Of a stretch of DNA of 64,000 nucleotides, positions 54,418 through 64,000 are shown piece after piece (positions within the stretch are counted from its first letter, which is position 1; each line of letters starts with the position of its first letter). The DNA is from Bugula neritina (Eukaryota; Animalia; Bryozoa), in NCBI GenBank assembly GCA_964035545.1, contig OZ037765.1, positions 22,319,504 through 22,383,503 on the forward strand, given 5' to 3'. A program made the position numbers and the translations under genes. The notes under the pieces were generated by a model, which was given only the letters and a program-made list of their open reading frames with translations, was not told where the DNA came from and ran no database searches.

Positions 54418-56822
54418 AGACCATGTAAGATTGGTACATTTAGTACCTTGAACCAATTCTAGATACTCACCACTATAACTTATATAAACTTCTGCAAGTT
54501 CAAATGCAAAATGCATACTTCTAGGAAATAGCTGTGCAACTTTTATTACATGCATTATTTTATTTCATATCTTAAATTTATGAATCATGAGTTCATTTTT
54601 CAAAATGTTCAAATTAAGTGCTTAAAAAATGCATTTAAAGAATGTATTCCTGAAAAATTACCCTGGAGCAGTTTGACCACAACCCCAGCTGTTTTGGCAA
54701 AACACATTTAATGACATTTTCATCGACATAGTGGTAAATTGGCTGGTTGTTTTTGGCAGATGAGTAGCACGCTGGCTGGCTGCAACTTTATACAATTCTG
54801 ATTGGCTGGACTCTACATGACCAGCTAATGATTGTATCTGATTGGCCTAATAATTCATTTGCATTTGAAAATGTAAAGTTTTATATAAGTTACAGTGGTG
54901 ATATTTTAGAGTTGGTACACACCCCTTTTTGGTTGAGTTTTATAATCTGATCAGCTGTAGTCATCTACAACACTTCAGTGTATGGGGAAACTATTAGTAT
55001 TGCGAAATCTGTTTTGGCTTATATTGCTATGCCAGTTTTCTGACTTGGTTTGTAATAAACCATAGGCAGCTATATAACTTAGGTGATTTCATCGAAGGTA
55101 GACACTGTTTAGGTGCAGCGAATCAAACACTGTTGTTACTATTGCAAAACAGTAGCAATAGCATAGCACAGTCAGCGAACTGTAATGGCAGTGCTGCACC
55201 ATATTTATCATCACTAGCATATATTTACAGCACACTGACACACACATGTATAAGCATGTGCTAAGCATAAATTATAGTTGCTTATGTGCCCACCATTATT
55301 TTACTTAAAAAAATTACAACAGTAATTTTTTTGACTTGGTTGCATATTTATTTGCAGGAGTTAAAATGCACAGCTTTTAGCAACAGAAAACATAGACGAT
55401 TTATATAAAAATGAGCACTATACTATATTGTCCCACGGCTGATGTCATTACATTTGTAAGATAATCATGCTGTTTCGCTAAGTAAATCGTATACAAGAAA
55501 GGGTTATCAACATGGTATTATAGGTGATGATACCAACTGGCAATATAGACCCACATGCAAGGCATTACATGTTAATACTAATTTTTATACAAAATGTCTA
55601 CATTATCTGTGCAATTAAACTCTTGCAGATTAATATGTGATTGATTAAAAAAGCTACTGCTATATAAATTTAAAATAAAACAGTAGTGAGTACACAAGCA
55701 AATAATTTATGGTTAGCGTAGGTTCATGCATTTGTAATATGCATGTGAAGCAATTTTTTAAATTATCACATTAAAGTAAACTGAAGCGCAAAATAATCAG
55801 ACTATGAGAATGTATTCAGTAATATGCATTGATTTAAAACTAAATCATGAAATGATTATCATTTTTGCAACCTCTGTACTTGGTAGACAAGATAGAGAGG
55901 GGTGATGTGACTGCTGTAACTGTGTTACTGCTCTACATACTAACAGACTAGGCTAGTGTATTTAAGTGCCTTACATAAGATATTTTAATAAAACTGGTGA
56001 GTTTAGTGTGGCCACTGCCATTGCAGCTAGGTGACTGTGCTAGTGTGCTATGCTCTCACTACTGCTTTGCAATAAAACCAAGTATATAACAGCACTGGTT
56101 GATTTGATGTTCTAAGGTCTAAGTAATGTCTACCTTTGATGAAATCACCTAAGTTAGAACAGCCTGCATATAGTTGATGAAAAACTAAGTTAGAAAACTG
56201 GCATAGCAATAATTATAAGCCAAAACAGATTTCGCAATACTAATAATTTCCCCATACACTGAAGTGTTGTAGATGACTACAGCGTGATCAGATTATAAAA
56301 CTCGACCAAAAAAAGGGGTGTGTACCAACTCTAAAATATCACCACTATAACTTATATAAAACTCTACATTTTCAAATGCAAATGAATTATTAGGCCAATC
56401 AGATACAATCATTAGCTGGTCATGTAGAGTCCAGCCAATCAGAATTGTATAAAGTTGCAGCCAGCCAGCGTGCTACTCATCTGCCAAAAACAACCAGCCA
56501 ATTTACCACTATGTCGATGAAAATGTCATTAAATGTGTTTTGCCAAAACAGCTGGGGTTGTGGTCAAACTGCTCCAGGGTAATTTTTCAGGAATACATTC
56601 TTTAAATGCATTTTTTAAGCACTTAATTTGAACATTTTGAAAAATGAACTCATGATTCATAAATTTAAGATATGAAATAAAATAATGCATGTAATAAAAG
56701 TTGCACAGCTATTTCCTAGAAGTATGCATTTTGCATTTGAACTTGCAGAAGTTTATATAAGTTATAGTGGTGAGTATCTAGAATTGGTTCAAGGTACTAA
56801 ATGTACCAATCTTACATGGTCT
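54418..56822. mobile_element. Non-coding foldback/MITE-like DNA element (~2.4 kb) with inverted arms over 600 bp
   Basis: 54418-~55040 is the reverse complement of ~56195-56822. The outer ~455 bp are identical by eye, and similarity decays inward to ~55200/56010. Ends caAT|agacc...ggtct|ATtg are compatible with a 2-bp AT TSD (PIF/Harbinger ISL2EU-like) or, shifted by one base, a TA TSD. No transposase ORF. Confidence 0.9.
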
Positions 56823-59800
56823 ATTGGGTTGTCTATCCAAGTTTGTACTACCAATAGCAGAAATCAATTTGTGTATTGTTATGAACAATCAGGGAAGTGA
56901 TCCATCAATATTATCGATTACCCTATTTCAGAAATGAGGTATATACAGTGCAAGTTGCTAATTAGAAATGCAAGCCTATCACCATTACAATGTGACATTC
57001 AAGTGTCTGGCCAGGTAATGGCTTCGAGCAGAGCGTCTTGAAGACTTTATATGATGTGCTATTCTTATTCCTCTCGGCTATATATTATATTACTTTCAAC
57101 TGAAGAAGCTTCAAAAGTAACAAGTACACTGTTCAGTCCACATAAATGGCTAATAAGATCTTTGCTATGGGCCCATGCTTAGCTTGTGTTCAGAGGTGTA
57201 CCTTAAATCATCTTTGGAAGTCAGGCTAATCAACAGTCATGCTTTTAGTATGCACTGAAGAATGAATGTTAACTATTCAGATACCAACATGTGCAAATAA
57301 AGCTGAAAAATATTCACCCAAGCTAAAACTTCAAGTGGAAAATTCAGAACATGAAGTATTTGATAAAATAAAACTTTATTCTGTTGAAATATTTTACTTT
57401 AAACTCAATTAATCAAAGAGCCACATATAAAGCAAGTTATTATATTACATGCAACCCTTTCATTATAATATACCGCTACACTTTGTTGTCCTAAATGGAG
57501 CCTAGCTTTAGGCCTATGGCATTAGGTACCCAATGTAATATTTACTTTGGTGACTCATAGTTCACTTAACCTGTAAATATTTCTTACTTGAGTTTAAAAA
57601 ATAGGTCAGTTGGACAAATTTTGTTTTGGTTCAGTATTTGCTCAAAATTTCTTACTATACATAATAAACTAATTACGATATACAACTACTGGACTAAGCT
57701 TTTCTGTTACTGAGAAATCTGGGGTACAAGTTTATCACTTTGATGATGAAACGGCTATATCAATATTGCAAGTTTTTGCAGCATAGAGTTACAGCCTACG
57801 CTGTATCTTAAAATACTAATTATGCTTGTTTTCAACCCGGATACAACAAATTACATTCTCAACATTTTTTCCTACTCGGGTAAAATCTGAATAAGCCAAG
57901 ATCACTAAGCGGTGCACCAGTTTTTGCCTTCACTTGGCCACCAATAAAGAACCAGAAAGCAGACTACTGGTGGACTCTATTACAATTACAAAAACCTTCA
58001 CCAGCTTCTAACCTGCACAATAAGTATAATCATACGTTACTATTAGACTTAGCATTTCTAATTCTGAACTTTAAATGCTACTTAGCAGTTAGCTATTTGA
58101 GAACATTGTAATAAATTAACCTTGAGGTTAGGTGCAAGCTCGTCCGTGAATGACATGCTGTAGTGCAAATGGTGGCAACAATTGTTGTTCTGAATACTAA
58201 TCAACCGTAAACTACAATACTAAAAGCAGTAGTTATGCAACAAAGCCAAAAGATAGTGTACAATGTAATGTAGGTTAGCCATAATTTGGTTTTTAAGCCA
58301 TAGAATTAAAATTTTACGTTGGCTTGTAACCGGAATAAGCAGTTTAAAAATAGATAATACAAATAGTTTAAAACTTACATTCATTTAAATGAATACTTTC
58401 TCCAAACTCTCCGGGAATAGCCCCAAAGAGTAAAAACTTATCAGTTGTCAAAGTTGTATATAACCGCTCTACTAACCAACTATTTGGCCTTGTAACCCTG
58501 CTTTGCTAATGAGTATTTAGTAGCTGCTGACCTCAGTAGTGGGTGACCTTGTAATTATACTCAAGTAACCTGTCATCAGCTAGCAACTGTAATTATCATT
58601 ATTTAAAAGCCAACCCCTTTGTAAAAATGTACAGCTGCAATCTGTCCACATATTGCAGCTGACACCCAACAACGAATGCTAGTCTTGGCAGCAGCTGTTG
58701 TTTGTGGTGGTGTCGAAGGCACCATTTGGTACTAACCACTTCAAGTAATAGAGATATAAGATGCTACAAAACCAACACAGCCAATGATAGTTGCTATCCT
58801 TGAGCGTAATATAACATAATAAATGTGAATAACAGAATCTATTGTGCATAGTGACCATATTAGAGATTTCTTTTTGTTAAAATATTTCGAAACTCTATGT
58901 TGTGGTCCAATCAAAATTATTTGCACAATTGCGAACATAACATTAAATATTATCAATTATTGTTATCAAAATTAAAAACTACTTAAATCTTTATATTTTG
59001 ACTCAACACTCACATTTTAAATTAAAGTTGTTGGCTTCAGATTCATCATCAATAATTTATTATTAAATGTATAATATTCATTTTACGTCAATTTATATAC
59101 TCCTAGTTATTTTCTTTAGAAGCTTTGGAGCTTTTGTAGTTTTTGTTGTGTTTACAAAACTGCTTTTTCTACTAAGGTGCTTAAAAATGTGAAGTAGTGT
59201 TTAAATTTAAAGAGTTATTTATTTTATTGGGTATAGATTTATTTGTGAAATAAATGGGGCTTTGCTCTTAATCGAAGAAAATATATTTGCCACTTGTACA
59301 AAAGAAGCCCATCAAATATCTGCCAGGCAGCATGCAATGGACTATTTATATGTCTATTGCATGCTGCCTCTAAAAGTTCAGCTGGTTGCAACTCAAAAGA
59401 ATAATCTTCACGGCTCTATTTGAGTTACCAAAATTTTTCATCTTCTACCACCAAATAAAGATCTAAATCTATTTGTAAGAGGTTCAGATCGGTGAACAGG
59501 TGTTTATTGCCTAAAATTTAAACTCCTGTTTTTTAAAATCACATAAATTATCCAGTTTAGCTCATCTCAAACCTCAAGTAACAAAAATTTCAGCTTAATA
59601 TTTAGTACCATATTGGAGTTGAATTAGTAGAGATGCAAAGGGAACAAGGGACCAGTTCGTGTGTTTTGAATAGTTAGAATTCCAACTACCAGCTAGATTG
59701 TCATCAGTCATGTTTAACAAACATTCAAATGTCATGTAAAACCAACTATAAGCTTGCATTCCAAGTAAAAAATGCTCCAAACAATCTTATAGCTGTAAAG

Positions 59801-62800
59801 TCTATAGTTCACACCCAGAGTAAACAAACACAATCTTATGATGACAAACTAATTGGCATAGTGTACATAACTACTGCAAGCTGATAATAAGTAGTAGAAA
59901 CGAAGTTTTACATGGGAAGGGAAACCAGCAATAATATGCTGTTGAAGCATGGGAGCTGCCAAAGGCATAATTCTACAACATATTGATTTGAAAATTAAGT
60001 GAATAGAGAAAATGCTGGGAAAATATTAAATTGAAACCTTCAAAACAGGAAAAGGGTCAATTGAAGCTTCGAGTAGTATTCAACTATAATGTAGCTATAC
60101 TGCGCTCTTTTCAATACTTGAGAGTTTGGTGTGTAGGCCTATCTACCATTAAGCTGCAGAGACAGCTGGTGTGAATTATGATTTAAGAATAAATGTGTTT
60201 GTGAATGCATACGAAAACCGGTCAAGATCTAAGAAATAAGCAGTGGATAGCATACAGCAGATATGTGCTATTAATTGGGAGTTTTAAAGGTTGAATTTTT
60301 AAAATAGGAAGAGAATTCAGCTTTATGGTGGTAACTTTGAGCACAATTTTCGGGTTGAGCTTTAGTTAAACTGTGAATATAAACTTTATTAATCTAAAAC
60401 TTTTAAATACATTAAAAGTAATGTTATAGTAGAAACAAACAGAATGCCTAAAAGAAGTAAAATAATGATGAAGTACTGTATAATAATATCAAATATCTTG
60501 AGAGCATTATCAACTTGCGTCTTATACTGTTTGGGGTTCCACCTCTCAAACTAAATTAATTACCTTTGAAAAATGGTTCGTGACTAGTCTTATCGGTGCT
60601 TAAAATGAATGATGCGAAAGTACTAATTATCAATTTTTATTCTTAAAATAGAAATACCACCTTCTTCAAAATACACGGCATTGATGACAAAATTTAATTA
60701 ACATTTCAAGGCTAGTCTGCAATTCAGGTACTAAGCTTTGGGCAAAAGAGGGCGTCCGACTGAGATTTTTAATTTTTGTTATTAATAATTGACTTAATTT
60801 CAAACATTCTTTGGATAAAAATAGAAATGAAATTAATTAGATGATAGAGTATTATATATTGTGCAAACAACTTATTTTTCCAATACCAAATATTCCATAA
60901 AATGGGAGGACAAAATGTTTCAGCAAAGCAAATTGTAGAATAATGAAGTGAAATAATAATGAATAGAAGGGTGGGCACCAAAATTTCAATTATGCGCAGG
61001 GTTACAAATTTCAACTTCTTACAGATACTTGAAAAACTAATGGTCAGTTCCAAAAACCGAAAACGATATTAGTTCTATTCTAAATTACATGCTTGTCAGC
61101 GTTGGCTGTTGAGCTTGGAGAAAAAGGTAAACCTTGCTTTTTGTAAATTTTCATCACTGATGATTCTGAACTCAGTCGGGCTTGATCTAAGCGAAAATCA
61201 AAGCTAAATTTTAAATGATGCAAAGCTGAGAAAGCCGGAACATAGATAGTCAATTTGAAATGCTCGTGACTTGCATTGCCCATTAACAGCAAATTTTCAG
61301 CTTCAATAGCCAGATCTTTAAATGCTAAAAGTAGAAGCTGTGGCTGCCAGGCACATTTCATAAAAAATATTTGTGTATTTGAGTCAAAGTTATAATTGTG
61401 TTCTACAAGCTACAAAACTTAAGTTACCTAGTTTATAGTAGCTGAGACAAGATTTTAGTTATGTACAGATAATATAAGGTAAACTAAGATGCAGCTACAA
61501 AATTTTGATACTCATACTAATAGAGAATGTTAGTAGTAACTTACAAAAGGAGCTGCCACTAAACCTGCCATTCCTCAACACTAAAGAACTAATCCGTTTG
61601 AACTTCAACTAGCCATTGAGTGGAGGAAAACTAGACATAAATTATACTAACTTGACTCACAGTCAATTGAAGATAGCATAGTTTCTTAATCCTGCAATGC
61701 TTCACCAACCTTCCTGCCCATCTTGCGCAGTTGTCAATAAATAATGCTAATTTACAAGAATGAGACAATTAATGGATTTAACTACAGCTGAGGGAGCAAT
61801 AATATTCATTCATGTATGTACAAGCTGCAGTTGTATAACCTAGCCGTTAGAGGAAGGAGAGAGAAGTATTATACAGTCTAGAATATCAAAAATGAAGTCT
61901 TCTTAATAAATGTGTTATCATACAATCATTCACTGTTATGACACTACAGCTGCTAGTGGAACACCTCTCAAGAGAATTAGTAGCTGCCTTGTCATGTGAA
62001 TTATTTATGCGATTATAATTCTTATAGTGTCACCAATAATCTCATTCCTGTAGTTAGAAATTATACAGAAATCATGATTGGTATTTATGATTATGATGGC
62101 CTATTATTATATACAATCCAGTAATGTGCAGCATGATTATGGATTTTCTGTCGCAGCTGAACTTGGTATGTTAGTGCCACAGTAAGAGTGGCCAGGGAAG
62201 CTTACCACTACACTAATTGAATTACATGATAATATTCAGTTGGAGAATTTCTAAATGAAAATGTGGTTATAAATATGTAACACCACCCTACAAAAACTGA
62301 GAAAAGGCAAAATGAAATTAATCAACAGGCTTTGTTAGTTAGCACTTTGCATTTTATAAATAATTACTGTAATCTATACTTGAATTCAGTTATTAAAAGT
62401 TGGTAAGCTTTTCACAGCATGTTTTATATCGTGAAATTGATTTGTTTGCAACTGTAGTTATTTAAATAATGGATGTTAAAATAGAACAAGAGCTAAATTA
62501 AGTTGAAATGAACTTGTTAGAATAAAAGTTAGAAAGTAGTAATTACTTACATAATATGAAGTCAACATGAAGCTTTAATAGTATATATGAATTTATAGCA
62601 TATAAGTGCTGTCCACAAGCAGACGCAGACTATATATGACAATGCAGGGCAGTACACATAATACTGGCTACAGTCCTGCCTTTGATATCAATGATAAAAG
62701 GACGCAACATCTATTAGCAATAATAAGTCTTTTGTGATAATGTTTGCAAACTTACAAGTCTTACTAAAGCAAGCTACTATAATTATAGTTTGAAGTAATT

Positions 62801-64000
62801 CTTCATAATGGATTCTGCTATTTATTAAAGGAATCTTCTTTTTAGCCATTCAATAAACTACTCAAAACAAGTATTTGAAGTTTAAAAGCAGTTCAAAGAC
62901 TACACCAAAAGCTGCACGTCATAAGAATTGGTAATATAGACTTTAAGCCATAAAATAATATGCAGATACCCTAGTTTAAAGCCACTGAAGGAATTTTAGG
63001 GTCCACCCTCAGAATTTAAGTAATTGAGAATAACTTCAAAACTAAAATATGAATAGGATGCTCATTACTTGCTGTATTCCTATCTAACTACAATCGGCTA
63101 CAACTTACATAATTTGCACAGCTCTTTGTTGTTCAAGAAAGCTCTGTGAAAAGTAAACCAGTTACGTTGATGTAAAGAAATGCTGTCTACTTTCAAGTGT
63201 TTTGTTATATATATCATTTTATCAAGTAGGCGTTTCACTAACATCCAAGCGTATTCCAAGCTCAAATACTTGGAAATGTTGACTTAAGGTAACCAAGCTA
63301 AGAAAACAGAATTAATAGAAACCCGTAAGCTATATATTTGATGAGAGTGGATTTCATATGGGAGAATATATAGCATAATTAACTTGTTCAGAATACCTGG
63401 TTATAAATTTTGATGTAATATGTAGTATGCTTTATATGATATTATAATGACATTACCACAGCTATTATCGCAACATAATCAAATTATATATTTTACTTAG
63501 AGTTAATTTTCAAGTGTAGCCACTACAAACCAAGGTTTTTAACACCATTTATTTTATCCAATTTTCTAAACAAGTATCATTCCTCTTGAGAAAAAGAACA
63601 TTTACCACAGCAGTGCAACTTACTTTAAATTATACTATCATGAGTTTAAGAAATAAATTCAGTTACAATATTGGTATAAAGTAATTATTACATTAGTTAT
63701 GTTTCTAATTTATTGGATTATCTCAATTGTAATTGGTAATAGAAATAATTAAGTTTAAAAGTTATATAAAAAGCTCTCTTTTCTAGTAAAAGTAAGCACA
63801 TATAACTTTAGCTCATATTATAGTTTTATAAAGTTAATATCTAGTTTGAGGATGTAAAGGTTTCAATATTTAATTATGGAAAGATAACTTCTTATTGTGC
63901 ATGACCACAACTGCAGCAATAACTACAAAAATTAGGGGCATTTTAATCCAAAATCTAGATACTGGTTTTTTTGACAGTTTAGGATTCTACAGAAGTTCAA

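Noticed and set aside
56685-56900. 71-aa ORF as the foldback element's transposase
   Set aside because: It lies in the TIR and runs out into the flank, with no transposase motif.
60769-61361. ORFs 60769-61053 and 61080-61361
   Set aside because: No recognisable domain or supporting splice structure; probably non-coding or repeat-derived.

Overview
AT-rich, intron-containing metazoan (invertebrate) genomic DNA with two host genes in tandem on the minus strand. ANKFN1/wide-awake has 20 coding exons (50767-33422; ankyrin, FN3 and C-terminal Ras-association domains). MIC60/mitofilin (IMMT) has 13 coding exons visible (26378-1919) and continues off the left edge. The introns and flanks hold several mobile elements. 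(1) A 4.56-kb TTAA-flanked Kolobok-type DNA element (3658-8219) carries two intact, convergent, spliced genes, a P2X7-ballast/KolX-like Cys-rich protein and a short THAP protein, but no DDE transposase domain. (2) A very young 2.78-kb LTR element (27912-30692; identical 195-bp LTRs, ATCAT TSD, tRNA-Ser-type PBS) encodes only Gag+protease. It has a GGAG array in the leader, seven regularly spaced C(YYYG)G tetraloop hairpins in the trailer and a triplicated PPT. (3) A decayed RLE-type non-LTR retrotransposon 3' end. (4) A 2.4-kb foldback element with arms over 600 bp. (5) Three copies of a tRNA-derived SINE, a small MITE and a compound microsatellite. All exon models were read by eye and checked for GT-AG boundaries and phase continuity; no database searches were run.
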